Source: a virus (Duplodnaviria; Heunggongvirae; Uroviricota; Caudoviricetes). From it: 64,000 nucleotides of DNA. This document shows, piece by piece, positions 19,958-30,047 of the stretch (its first letter is position 1; the number at the start of each line of letters is the position of its first letter). A model generated the notes under the pieces. That model was not told the DNA's origin, did not search any database, and was given only the letters and a program-made list of their open reading frames with translations. The stretch lies in IMG/VR virus record IMGVR_UViG_3300042892_001069. One strand, given 5' to 3'. Made by a program: the position numbers and the translations under genes.

Positions 19958-21107
19958 CCGAGTCTTCAAGCAATCTAGTAATATCCGGAACCATTTTGAG
20001 TATATCTAGATTACGTTCTTTGGCTAATGATAACGATCTTTCCCAAAATTCTTTGATATCACTTTTTGGAGTCTTTAACAATTCAACTATTGATCTTTTA
20101 AATGGATTACCCTTGTCTATATTCCAATTACCTTGTATAGTAGATTCCCACTCTGTTAGTTGTCTTGTTAACAATATTTTTTGATTCGGCGGAATAATTG
20201 ATAACATTTGCCATTCTCTTCCAGATACCCAGTCCCAATCTAACTCCCATTTGGGATAATTATTAGTCATAAACATAATAAATTGGTCTAATGTAAAAAT
20301 ATTATAAACGCTGATAACGCTATGTATGGTTAGTGTAACATTGTCTTTTGTGCCCCACCATTCGTTATATTGATCCATCACTTGTTGTACTTCTGTAAAT
20401 TTGCTTGGCCAACGATACCAATCATTCACAGATCCTAGACCATCTAAACTTACATCCAAATATATTGAAGCACATTGATCCATTAACGATTTTAATTCGC
20501 TATTCGGTAAACTAGTTCCGTTTGTCGATACTAATAGTTTAATCTTAGATAAATCTAATTTTTTCATAAGATGAATAAATCTATCCTGATCCATAAACGG
20601 CTCACCGCCAAATATCTTTAGTGTAGTTAACTGACTTAAATCTAAGTTGTCAACTATTGAGGTCGGGTGATCTATAAGAACTTTTATTTCTTTTCCTATC
20701 CTGCCTGCTTTATAATCTTCAGTACCCCATGTTGTTGAGTATTGTCTACTACAACTGACACACGCAAGATTACACAAGTTACTAAAAGCAATATCTAACA
20801 TTTTAATATGACGTAATTCTGTTGTGGTGGGTAATTCAGTATCTTGTAAACTATAAGTTCTTGTACTCATACCACCAGCATCTTCTTGTTTATAACATTG
20901 CTGACATGCTGTATTTTTTTTACCAGATAGCATGTCTTCCTGTAGTTCACGCCAGGGTGTTGATTTTCTAAAATCAATTGATACTGTACTGCCTTCCAAA
21001 AATTCTGTGGAAGGCCAAAATCTACAACAAGGTTCCGCCCTACCACCTGCTCTAATAGCAATGCTATCCCAGGGTAGCAAACACATTGCTCCGTTATCTG
21101 TTTGCAT
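19938..21107 (-). CDS. Radical SAM protein with N-terminal Cys-rich (SPASM-like, permuted) module (389 aa)
   Basis: CNLACVSC = CxxxCxxC; upstream Cys cluster CLLPW...GGRAEPCC...CQQC. Confidence 0.75.
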   Translation of the reverse strand: MQTDNGAMCLLPWDSIAIRAGGRAEPCCRFWPSTEFLEGSTVSIDFRKSTPWRELQEDMLSGKKNTACQQCYKQEDAGGMSTRTYSLQDTELPTTTELRHIKMLDIAFSNLCNLACVSCSRQYSTTWGTEDYKAGRIGKEIKVLIDHPTSIVDNLDLSQLTTLKIFGGEPFMDQDRFIHLMKKLDLSKIKLLVSTNGTSLPNSELKSLMDQCASIYLDVSLDGLGSVNDWYRWPSKFTEVQQVMDQYNEWWGTKDNVTLTIHSVISVYNIFTLDQFIMFMTNNYPKWELDWDWVSGREWQMLSIIPPNQKILLTRQLTEWESTIQGNWNIDKGNPFKRSIVELLKTPKSDIKEFWERSLSLAKERNLDILKMVPDITRLLEDSVDNASE

Positions 21108-23535
21108 TAATCATCCAATCCATTTCTTCTGTTGCGTAAACTTTTATTTTTTGTTCGGCATTTTGATCATGGAGACCTTGTACTGCTACACTGTTTAGAG
21201 ATGGGAACAACTGTTTAAACTCGTTATAACATTTTTCTGCTAGATCTTTATATCCAGGCTCCAACATAATCCGTACACCAATCCACATTGACGATGCCGG
21301 ACCGCCGTCTGTTCTAGCTTTTAGAACAGCATCTACTGCTCCTCTAACCGCTTTGGTAAATTTTTCTAATCCAAATTTTTCAACGTATCTTAAATGAATG
21401 CTAAATGTTATACTACTGTACTGTGCTAACTCTGCGTAATATTGTTCTGTTGCGCTACCGTTAGTTGTTGTAGAAATAGTATGACCTTTTTCTCGTAACA
21501 TTTTAACAAACGGCAAATAATCTTTATAGATCGCAGGTTCGCCTCCAGTAAAACTAAATTTGGCCTTAACATCTTCAATCCAATACTTATTTAAATTTTC
21601 ATAAGCATGAGTAAGCTCTATTAAATTTTTTTGCTGTTCATAATTGTTGTGACTGTTTTTACTACAGTACCAACAATCAAAATTACAACGTCTTCCTAGA
21701 TCCCATGAAATAAACTTATGTCTATGAAAGTCCTTAGAAAAAATTATTTCAGGTTGGATACTACTTTCTGGGACCGGGTTGAGTAATTTAACACGGGCTC
21801 TAGTTTTAAGAGTAGGAAAAAAAGTTGCTATGTGCTCAACTTTTTTTACCTTTGGAGTATTCATATCTGCAGCACAAGAACATAATGTTTTTGTACAAGT
21901 GACCCAATTGCCAGCTTTTAAATAAATTCCTTGGTCTAATCCTGTTGCTACGTGTACATTACCAACAAACCCGCCAACTCGGCAAGTGCCGCGCCACACA
22001 TTGCCATCAAAGTCTATATATATCGAATTAAGGCCGGTACTACAATGCCAACCCTTCCAATTATTTCTTGATGTAGTATGAAGTGTTTCACCATCTACAT
22101 AGGCAAAGTTCATAGACGCATCAGCTAATACTAAATTTTTATGATCAGTTTTACTATCTTGATTATCGATTTTCCATTTGCCTACTTCGTCTGTTCCAAA
22201 CAACACTCCTATTTGAAATCTATCTATAACTGTCTTTTTAAACGTGTTGTATATTTCAGTAACTTCTTCAATAGTATGATCAACAAACAAAAAATCTGTA
22301 GAAAAAATGTTGCTGTAATAAAAGAATACTTCTTCGTGTTGTGATCGAACTAGTAATTTTTTAACACTTTCAGGGTCATATAAATTACACTGAGCAAATT
22401 TTATGTCGCACTCTTTAAATCGTTGCCACAACTCTTTAAAATGTTCTTCACCGCCAAATTGTCGATGTAACAATGCTTCATTGCTTTCAAAATTGCCGTG
22501 AACAAATCTAAATTTAGATTTAAAACTATCATCTTGATTATTTAAAAACGTAACAATGTCGTGACCGTCCCAGTTTTCTACCAAATGCTGTAGCCAGTCT
22601 AAACTTAATTGATTGTAATCGTAAAAAATAAATTTACATCGTTTATTATACAGCAGTAAGTCTAAATACTTAAAACCTGCAGCTGGACCAAAGTATGACT
22701 TGATACCTTTTAAAGAAACTTCAAATCTGTAATTCTCACTATTAAACACCCATATTGGAATATCTTTAGTTAGCGACTTAATCCATTTCTTTTGATTAGG
22801 ATTAGTTAATCGTGTAAAGTCTTTATCTGTTGTTGATTTAAATAAGTTATCGCTGTCGGTTTCTGGGTACACAAACAATCGACAGTCTCTCATCTCCTGA
22901 GTAAAATTATCAATTTTAAGTCCGTGACTTAACCCAGCCTTAATAAATCCCCACCCCTGAGCAGTTCGGGTACTAGTAACTGTACCCGGTTCTCCCTTGA
23001 TCCAGTAAGGTGTATATTTGTCATGGAAGTTTTCTTCGGAACGACTATACACAGGCAACTCTTCAGTAACGGTTTCCCACTTACCAAATTCTGGTGATCC
23101 AACCTTTTTCCAAGTTGCTACATTAACAAACATCATTTGATGATGGCATTCTATCCATCCTACTCCTCTTTCTGGAAACCAGTCAAGGGTAAACGCAACT
23201 AGATAAAAATCAGGGTTATCATTATAATAAGTTGCTAGATGCTCTAGCAAGACGTTAAATCTAATAATATTCCCAATTGATTGTATTAACACTACGTCAT
23301 AATTATTTTTATCTGCGTACAACATTGCATCGTCTACGGTATCAAACGATTTTAAATCGTTAGGATAATGGGTTGTACATCTGCTAGTCTTTGTATACGT
23401 ATAGTCGTGCATCCGTTGAAACAACCCTGGATGTTTAAGTTTTACGTTAGCTTGATCGACAATAGCAAACAGTGGCCGTTTATTTCCGAAAAAATTCAAT
23501 CTCTTGTAAATTTTAGTATGCTGTGGTTTTGTCAT
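21094..23535 (-). CDS. Large fusion protein (813 aa): unknown N-terminal ~470-aa domain + SPASM-like Cys module + C-terminal radical SAM core
   Basis: CNFDCWYC (CxxxCxxC) near residue ~620; preceding HCSTGLNSIYIDFDGNVWRGTCRVGG...WVTCTKTLCSCAAD Cys/Gly module. Confidence 0.7.
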   Translation of the reverse strand: MTKPQHTKIYKRLNFFGNKRPLFAIVDQANVKLKHPGLFQRMHDYTYTKTSRCTTHYPNDLKSFDTVDDAMLYADKNNYDVVLIQSIGNIIRFNVLLEHLATYYNDNPDFYLVAFTLDWFPERGVGWIECHHQMMFVNVATWKKVGSPEFGKWETVTEELPVYSRSEENFHDKYTPYWIKGEPGTVTSTRTAQGWGFIKAGLSHGLKIDNFTQEMRDCRLFVYPETDSDNLFKSTTDKDFTRLTNPNQKKWIKSLTKDIPIWVFNSENYRFEVSLKGIKSYFGPAAGFKYLDLLLYNKRCKFIFYDYNQLSLDWLQHLVENWDGHDIVTFLNNQDDSFKSKFRFVHGNFESNEALLHRQFGGEEHFKELWQRFKECDIKFAQCNLYDPESVKKLLVRSQHEEVFFYYSNIFSTDFLFVDHTIEEVTEIYNTFKKTVIDRFQIGVLFGTDEVGKWKIDNQDSKTDHKNLVLADASMNFAYVDGETLHTTSRNNWKGWHCSTGLNSIYIDFDGNVWRGTCRVGGFVGNVHVATGLDQGIYLKAGNWVTCTKTLCSCAADMNTPKVKKVEHIATFFPTLKTRARVKLLNPVPESSIQPEIIFSKDFHRHKFISWDLGRRCNFDCWYCSKNSHNNYEQQKNLIELTHAYENLNKYWIEDVKAKFSFTGGEPAIYKDYLPFVKMLREKGHTISTTTNGSATEQYYAELAQYSSITFSIHLRYVEKFGLEKFTKAVRGAVDAVLKARTDGGPASSMWIGVRIMLEPGYKDLAEKCYNEFKQLFPSLNSVAVQGLHDQNAEQKIKVYATEEMDWMINANR

Positions 23536-24200
23536 AAGTTAAAAAACTCTTGTGTGTAATGTCCATGGACAATAATATGATATCTAACTTCATTGCTATT
23601 GTTGATAACAATGTGATCGCGCCCAACATCTAATATCATGCCAGTCCCAGCTTCAAACGGAACTATTCCTTTATCTTTGAATACAAATTGACAGCCTGTA
23701 GGATTGTTAATAGCAATGTTAAGAGGACTAAATGCTCTTTGATTTTTATTATCAGTATGTGGCATTATATATCCACCTGGCGCAAGACGCATTATTCTAA
23801 CACGATCAAATAGTTTATAAGGTAAATTGCTTAAAAATTTATGTAAGTTAGGGACTAACTCGCATACATCGGTCCAACAATAATTTGCTTCTTCTAAACT
23901 AGTAAATCCATATTTTGTATAATGTTCAGTCTTATGTTTATCAATGCCGTGTAATGTAAGACTTTGCCAGCCAAAATGGCCGTACCCAGACTTTTTATCT
24001 TGGCTTCTATGATCAAAGTATAAATGATCTACACTTTGACATTCTTTTAAAAAAAGAGCGGTATCAAAATTAAACTTTACAGGATAATACGCACACTCGA
24101 CATCCTTTTGTGATTCAACAACAGATGAATGAACTGAACTATTAAGCTCTTTGTTTGTGTTGTAAAATTCTAAAAGTTCATTTGGAAATTCAAAACTCAT
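23532..24200 (-). CDS. Aspartyl/asparaginyl beta-hydroxylase-like cupin (2OG/Fe(II) oxygenase), 222 aa
   Basis: PHTD...(~55 aa)...HIIVHG metal-binding HxD...H arrangement of AspH/LpxO family. Confidence 0.6.
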   Translation of the reverse strand: MSFEFPNELLEFYNTNKELNSSVHSSVVESQKDVECAYYPVKFNFDTALFLKECQSVDHLYFDHRSQDKKSGYGHFGWQSLTLHGIDKHKTEHYTKYGFTSLEEANYCWTDVCELVPNLHKFLSNLPYKLFDRVRIMRLAPGGYIMPHTDNKNQRAFSPLNIAINNPTGCQFVFKDKGIVPFEAGTGMILDVGRDHIVINNSNEVRYHIIVHGHYTQEFFNL

Positions 24201-25236
24201 TATCTACTATCCTAATATCTGAAATATGATTAAACTTACTCCACACATTTAGATTCCAGTCTTTAGTATCTGTAATAGCTGTAGCAAATGTATAAACTGT
24301 GCTGTCAAAAGAATAGCTGTTTAAAGCACCAACAGGGATAAACCCAAGAGCAAGGTCTTCCAGCCTCATTCGCGGATCCATAATTTCTGAAAAATTATTA
24401 TCCATCCACCATTTATATAAAGATACCCTAGCATGGTGCGGACTATCTTCTCTAAAACTCATATATGTTTCTGCGGCAAATCTTTTTTGTGGTCGGATTG
24501 CTTTTCTATGAACAGCCTCTAAGTCGTTATCGTTACACGCACTCGCCCAATGCTTGCCTAAAGTGTTGTAACCTAAGTATACCCACCCCCATTTATGTTC
24601 AGGGTCAAATAACAAATAATCCTCAGGCTTTAGTAATTCGTGTAGATAGTCTTCCGGCATAACATCTTTAGGATCTTTATTGGGCAAAAAATCCGCCAGG
24701 CATGTGCATATTGATTTTTCTCGCCTATTCCAAGTTCTAAATATTGCTTCAAAGTTATGTATTTGCTCATTCAGTCTTAGGAACGCTTCGTGGACACTTT
24801 TGTCGTGTACATCCCCGGGCCACACGGTATTGTAATCAGGACTTAATTTAGGATTATCAAAATAACCGTCAGCAATAAACTTTTCTAATCGATTGCCATA
24901 AATTTCATATTCTTCGTGTAGGTCGTTTAATACACCAGCATCGTTGCGTAATTGATCAACAGATTCAACCTCAGTTAACCGTCGGTCATAGTTATTGTTT
25001 ATAAATTCAATATTAGATTTGAACGCTACTAGTTGCTCTTCAATTTCAATATCTGATAGAATCTTTCTATAATTATATCGTAAGGTATTACCTAGCTCGT
25101 TATTTTTGTTTATTAAATTAATCCATCTATCAGCGATGTCAGTATCAAGTATTGAATATCTTAATTTTACAAATTTTCTTGATTTAGTGCCTTGACAAGT
25201 AATTTCTAAATACTTGTCTTTCTTCCATATATTCAT
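24190..25236 (-). CDS. Hypothetical protein (348 aa)
   Basis: ORF track; no recognisable motif. Confidence 0.45.
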   Translation of the reverse strand: MNIWKKDKYLEITCQGTKSRKFVKLRYSILDTDIADRWINLINKNNELGNTLRYNYRKILSDIEIEEQLVAFKSNIEFINNNYDRRLTEVESVDQLRNDAGVLNDLHEEYEIYGNRLEKFIADGYFDNPKLSPDYNTVWPGDVHDKSVHEAFLRLNEQIHNFEAIFRTWNRREKSICTCLADFLPNKDPKDVMPEDYLHELLKPEDYLLFDPEHKWGWVYLGYNTLGKHWASACNDNDLEAVHRKAIRPQKRFAAETYMSFREDSPHHARVSLYKWWMDNNFSEIMDPRMRLEDLALGFIPVGALNSYSFDSTVYTFATAITDTKDWNLNVWSKFNHISDIRIVDNEF

Positions 25237-26537
25237 AACGATGCGCCCTCAACGCTAAGTTGGACATCTTCCATTTCTGGAATTGTCTTAAATGTATCTT
25301 CGCCTCGAAGTTTATCAAGTTGCGCAGTAGTTGATAAAAATCGTTTTGCTGATTTAAGATCAAAGGGTTTTGTTAATTCGTGTAGAATATGAGTAAACTG
25401 TTTGCTTATATCAGTGTTGTACTTAGTATTATGAGTTTCTATAAACACATTTAATTTTTCAATAGTATCTTTTCTATATTGATCTGATAAAATTGAAACA
25501 TGATAATGCGGTGGATGTTCAATTAGATTAATAAAAAAATTATTATAATTTATAAGTTTAGATTTAGGATGACTTTTAATAACGCCAATTTCAGTTAGAT
25601 GCGTAATAATTTCAGGGAGTCTTGCTACATTCCATGCGCCTGTAGTAATACCAGGTCGAAGGATTATGTTGTCGTGTTTAGCTAGCTCTTTTAGATTCTC
25701 TTCTACTTTATGCCATACTGTGCCGGACCGAATTAATTCAGCACGATCACCAATTTCGTCAATGCTAGGCCATACTTCAAGTTTACCAAACTTCCACTGT
25801 TTCCAATAGTCAATGACATTTTTCTTGCCGTGTGTTAACGTCAAGCAATTAGTGTTATATGAAAGTTTTACATCAAATCTTTCATTGTCAACTAACATAT
25901 CTAAGATTTGCCAATGTTCGGGCATAATTAACGGTTCGCCGCCCGCAAAGTAAATTCTTTTTACGTTTTTGATTTGATCCTTTAAAAAATCGTAGTTTGT
26001 TTGTTCGTCAACATTTTCAATACTCCAAACTTTTTCTTGATCAGTATACCCTAATTTTTTAGCATCAGGTACCCATGCTGAACTGTAACGTGGTCCGCAA
26101 CTGCGACATTTCATGTTACATAGATTACTAAAACGGAAATCCCAATAGTTTAATTCCATTTCAGTACAAGTGCCGTCTTCTAATGTTATACTTGGAATCT
26201 TTTCCAATACTTCCGGAAAGTCTCTATTTTGATAAGTCCGACCACTTTCACCTGTAACTTTCTCTCTGTTAAAACACTTATCGCAGACTGTTGGTTCAAC
26301 GCCGTTAATCATATCTTTCCTCAGTGATTTCATATTATCACTGTTCCAGATCTCTTCAATAGTATCTTTATTGAGGTCGCCGGCAAAATAACTATGTGCC
26401 GAAGTTAAACAGCACGGCACAACTTTACCGCTTGGTTCGAACGCAAGATGCATCCACGGTACCGCACATAATGTCTTAGTTTGGACTTCTTTTACAATAG
26501 GTATAATTTTATTCATACTGTACTTATTTCCACGCAT
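25233..26537 (-). CDS. Radical SAM protein, paralog of 19938-21107 (434 aa)
   Basis: CNMKCRSC = CxxxCxxC; same N-terminal LCAVPW...GKVVPCC...CDKC module as paralog. Confidence 0.75.
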   Translation of the reverse strand: MRGNKYSMNKIIPIVKEVQTKTLCAVPWMHLAFEPSGKVVPCCLTSAHSYFAGDLNKDTIEEIWNSDNMKSLRKDMINGVEPTVCDKCFNREKVTGESGRTYQNRDFPEVLEKIPSITLEDGTCTEMELNYWDFRFSNLCNMKCRSCGPRYSSAWVPDAKKLGYTDQEKVWSIENVDEQTNYDFLKDQIKNVKRIYFAGGEPLIMPEHWQILDMLVDNERFDVKLSYNTNCLTLTHGKKNVIDYWKQWKFGKLEVWPSIDEIGDRAELIRSGTVWHKVEENLKELAKHDNIILRPGITTGAWNVARLPEIITHLTEIGVIKSHPKSKLINYNNFFINLIEHPPHYHVSILSDQYRKDTIEKLNVFIETHNTKYNTDISKQFTHILHELTKPFDLKSAKRFLSTTAQLDKLRGEDTFKTIPEMEDVQLSVEGASL

Positions 26538-26561
26538 GAGAAATTATTCTAGATGTGAATA

Positions 26562-27419
26562 CTAAGTCCAGAGGCTGTCACGAGCCTTAATAAGACGAAT
26601 CATCATAGCTTCATCTTCTGCTTCATAACCCTCTTCGATCTTTTGAAGCAACTTATGAGCCTTATCGCTGGCCTTTTTAAGCACAGGATCTTTTGGTGTG
26701 CTAAAACTCAACTTACCGCCGTTAGCTTCACGTTGTGCTTCACAGGCGGCAGTCCAACCACTTGCGTCATATGGATCAGGACGAGCACGATAGGTCACAG
26801 TCCACCACACATAAAGCTCTTTGAGTTCTTTAGCACGGAGAGCCTGTCCAGTGGGCTTGCCGTAGTCTGGATGTTCTGGGCCACACCAGTCAGTGTTAGT
26901 CAGTGTCATTGCCCAGTCAAGATGATCGATACCTGCTTGAGGGCAACGCCAAGTACGCCAACGGAACCAACCAGTAGCGTAAAAGGGAGGATCATACTTA
27001 GCACGAGCTTCCTTATCTCCCCAGGCGATGTGCGACCAAGCGGATTCAACTTCGACGAAATCAACCAACTCATTAAATAGGCATGGCAGGAACCGATTGC
27101 CAACATCACACCAGTTGCCAGGCTTAATATCACGAGCATGGGCGGTAAGAGAGTGAGTACGAGTAACCCAACGGTTATTGATGTAATACTTAACATCGTA
27201 GATCTTTCTAACAGGCCAAGTAACAAAATCCTGGATATAGCCTAAGGCCTCTTCAGCTAGCCAGTAACGAAAATTGTGCTTCATCTGAGCCGCAGTGGTC
27301 CAGTCATCCCATTCTTCACTGGTACCCGCACTCAATTTCTTAGTGCCGCGAAGCCAATCTGCGAACGGTGTGCATGACCAGTAGTTTGTGTGATGTGCCA
27401 TCTTATTTTCTATCGCCAA
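26562..27419 (-). CDS. Hypothetical Trp-rich protein (285 aa)
   Basis: ORF track; no motif recognised. Confidence 0.45.
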   Translation of the reverse strand: MAIENKMAHHTNYWSCTPFADWLRGTKKLSAGTSEEWDDWTTAAQMKHNFRYWLAEEALGYIQDFVTWPVRKIYDVKYYINNRWVTRTHSLTAHARDIKPGNWCDVGNRFLPCLFNELVDFVEVESAWSHIAWGDKEARAKYDPPFYATGWFRWRTWRCPQAGIDHLDWAMTLTNTDWCGPEHPDYGKPTGQALRAKELKELYVWWTVTYRARPDPYDASGWTAACEAQREANGGKLSFSTPKDPVLKKASDKAHKLLQKIEEGYEAEDEAMMIRLIKARDSLWT

Positions 27420-28098
27420 ATAGTTGTAACAAGTTTAAGAACAAGTTTATAAAGTCCATATACAGTGTCAGTGCTCCGCTAACTTCAGCGGCTGGGCTGG
27501 TGTCTACGCTAAGTTCTTCACGAATACGTTGTGTGTCGTATGCTGTCAATCCCAGGAATATAATAATAGCCAAGGTTGAGATCACCATCTGCATTACTGT
27601 TGAGCCAATAAAGATATTGACAATACTAGCAATGACAATAGCAATTAGTCCAACAAACAACAAACTACCAAGTCCGCTTAGATCTTTCTTGGTAAAATAA
27701 CCGTATCCACTCATAACACCAAATAGAATTGCCGCACCCATGAACGCTGACACAATACTGCCCATATTGAACACAGCAAAGATTGTAGCAAAGCTCAATC
27801 CCATCAATGCCGCGAATCCGTGTAGACATAACTGTGCTACTCCCTTACTAGGATTATTACCTAGCACATAGCCAACACCAAAGATTGCCGCCAGCGGAGC
27901 AAAGATTACAATCCATTTTAGTACACCTGTAAAAAAGAATTGTAACAATTCTGGGCTTGTGCCCACAAAATAACTTACAAACATTGATACAATAACAGCA
28001 AGACTCATGTGTCCGTAGACACGACCCATTGCCGAATTAATTTCACTAGCACTACGGTAACTTAGAGTGTCGCCGCCTGTATAATTTGTTCCAAACAT
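27403..28098 (-). CDS. Bax inhibitor-1/YccA (TMBIM) family 7-TM membrane protein
   Basis: 231 aa, 7 hydrophobic segments, family-typical C-terminus LTLYMDFINLFLNLLQLF (cf. E. coli YccA ...LYLDIINLFLSLL...). Confidence 0.7.
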   Translation of the reverse strand: MFGTNYTGGDTLSYRSASEINSAMGRVYGHMSLAVIVSMFVSYFVGTSPELLQFFFTGVLKWIVIFAPLAAIFGVGYVLGNNPSKGVAQLCLHGFAALMGLSFATIFAVFNMGSIVSAFMGAAILFGVMSGYGYFTKKDLSGLGSLLFVGLIAIVIASIVNIFIGSTVMQMVISTLAIIIFLGLTAYDTQRIREELSVDTSPAAEVSGALTLYMDFINLFLNLLQLFGDRK

Positions 28099-28099
28099 A

Positions 28100-28471
28100 T
28101 TATTCTCCTTTAATAAATTGAGCCAATTCCGGAGCCTTCCAGCCCACTGGCTTTAGTACCTTGCCATCTTCACGCTTGCGGACCCTGCCAGTATCGTGAT
28201 CAATTTTAGCAAAATTAGTTGTCATTACTTCTTTCCAAGCACCTTCGGCATCTGCTCCCATACTATGAATAGCACCAATAGTAACAACTAAAATATCGAT
28301 TAACGCATCTAGTTGTTCTACTTGATCTTCTGCCAGGGTTGCCTCTAGAAGTTCTTGGTGCTCTTCGGTAATAAGATTAGTATACAAGGCAAATTGTCCT
28401 TCATCAAACTTGCCAACACTTTGGTCGCAAGCCTTCATAAATTTTTCTTGATCTCTAAACGGGTTTGTCAT
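28100..28471 (-). CDS. MazG-like all-alpha NTP pyrophosphohydrolase (123 aa)
   Basis: Acidic helix motifs ITEEHQELLEA and EQLDALIDILVV typical of MazG/HisE-like fold. Confidence 0.45.
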   Translation of the reverse strand: MTNPFRDQEKFMKACDQSVGKFDEGQFALYTNLITEEHQELLEATLAEDQVEQLDALIDILVVTIGAIHSMGADAEGAWKEVMTTNFAKIDHDTGRVRKREDGKVLKPVGWKAPELAQFIKGE

Positions 28472-28671
28472 TATGCCATCCTATCTACATTTTGTCCCGG
28501 ACGATTCATCCGGCGATTCATTTCAACTCTTGCTTCTTCATTAGCTTTGATATTTAACTTCACACGCTGTTCTTCTAGTCTAAGTTCTTCGTGACGCTTG
28601 TCTAATTTTTTAATTTCTGTCTGTCGATAAATTTCTGCATTTTGAGCAGTTACTCTACTAACTTCGGTCAT
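28471..28671 (-). CDS. Small coiled-coil protein (66 aa)
   Basis: ORF track; Glu/Arg-rich heptads; translationally coupled (overlapping stop/start) with neighbours. Confidence 0.35.
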   Translation of the reverse strand: MTEVSRVTAQNAEIYRQTEIKKLDKRHEELRLEEQRVKLNIKANEEARVEMNRRMNRPGQNVDRMA

Positions 28672-29996
28672 ATCTTTTCTCCTACTTCAAAACCGCGGAA
28701 CCGTAGGAACCTTGGAAATCGCAAACTGTATGTTCCGTCTTGGTTTTGGGTGACGGCGTCTGCTCGCACTTCCACGATCTGACCAAGTAGGGAATCACGT
28801 GAAGCCCAGTAGCTATCACGATCACTATCACTAAAACCACTGCCAACATTGACTCGAATAGCTTTGCCATCGTCGACTCCTTGGCAGACAATCGCTCCAA
28901 GCCGTCCAACGTTTCTTCCTGTTCCTTCTTCAACATCTACTACCTCCAGTGATACTTCAATAAATGGTTTAAGTTTCAACCATGCTACACTACGTTTACA
29001 TTCGTATCCAGCTTCGGGATCCTTGATCATAATACCTTCATAACCACCAGCTACTGCCTTGGCATTAATTTCTTTGTAACGTGTTTGTCCTTCATCGGTA
29101 TCCAAATCAACTAGTTCGTTAGTTAGTGCTGTTACGTTTGGCAACTGGTCTTTGTTCTGGTCAACCCAAAAACTAACCATTGTACTACGCACCTGCTGAG
29201 TTTTATCATACGTACCTTTTTCAAAGTCTTCTAATGGTAATACATCAAATAGATTAAGAATAGCATCGTTGGCCTTAACATCGCTCTTGCGGTGTACTTG
29301 CGTCATTAAGTCTTGGAAACTACTGCTCATGATCTCGCCGTCTAACACTAAATCCATATCTTTGCTTGTAGATTTTGCTTTAACCACTGCACTAATCTGT
29401 TCTACAATGTGCGGAAAATTAACAAGTTCTTTACCATTGCGACTGAACATATCCACCCGACCATCACTACGTACAATAGTAATGACTCTAACTCCGTCGA
29501 GTTTAACTTCGATGAGTTTTTTGCCTGATACCTTCGACTCATGATTAGCACTATCATGAGCAAGCTGACAACTGAATACAGGAATAGCGTAACTAGCATA
29601 TTTCTTTTCTACTACTTTGTTAATTGTTTTTTCACTAGTACCGCAACGCAAATCCTTGATAAGGATACGTCGATACCAACCATTCCACTCTGCTTTAGTA
29701 GCAGACTTCATCATAGCTTGAATTACATCACGTGCTGTATTACCGGTAACTTGACGTGTAACAAAGCCAGTAAGAGCGAGAGTAAAACTATCCCAAGGTA
29801 GCCCAGCGCCATCTTCATCTTTTTTCTCCGGAACTTGTTTAATACCAAAAGTAATCATTGGGTCCAAAGCTAGGCGACAACCTTCAAAGAATTCGTTATT
29901 ACCAGCTTCAGCCTGCGCCAACACAATAGCTTCTTTATTCAAACGACTAGGATGATCTTCGAGTGAAGAAATGACGGTGTAGCAAGGATCGCTCAT
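28668..29996 (-). CDS. ATP-dependent DNA ligase (442 aa)
   Basis: Nucleotidyltransferase motifs I VKLDGVR (KxDG), III LVLDGEI, IV EGIMIK, V WLKLKP. Confidence 0.75.
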   Translation of the reverse strand: MSDPCYTVISSLEDHPSRLNKEAIVLAQAEAGNNEFFEGCRLALDPMITFGIKQVPEKKDEDGAGLPWDSFTLALTGFVTRQVTGNTARDVIQAMMKSATKAEWNGWYRRILIKDLRCGTSEKTINKVVEKKYASYAIPVFSCQLAHDSANHESKVSGKKLIEVKLDGVRVITIVRSDGRVDMFSRNGKELVNFPHIVEQISAVVKAKSTSKDMDLVLDGEIMSSSFQDLMTQVHRKSDVKANDAILNLFDVLPLEDFEKGTYDKTQQVRSTMVSFWVDQNKDQLPNVTALTNELVDLDTDEGQTRYKEINAKAVAGGYEGIMIKDPEAGYECKRSVAWLKLKPFIEVSLEVVDVEEGTGRNVGRLGAIVCQGVDDGKAIRVNVGSGFSDSDRDSYWASRDSLLGQIVEVRADAVTQNQDGTYSLRFPRFLRFRGFEVGEKI

Positions 29997-30047
29997 TATA
30001 TTAGACCTTTAGTTAACTGTTTAAGTAACTATTATACTGTCTAATTA

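Noticed and set aside
26643-27226. ORFs 26643-27080(+) and 26906-27226(-) inside 26562-27419
   Set aside because: Nested in or antisense to the longer ORF; no independent signals
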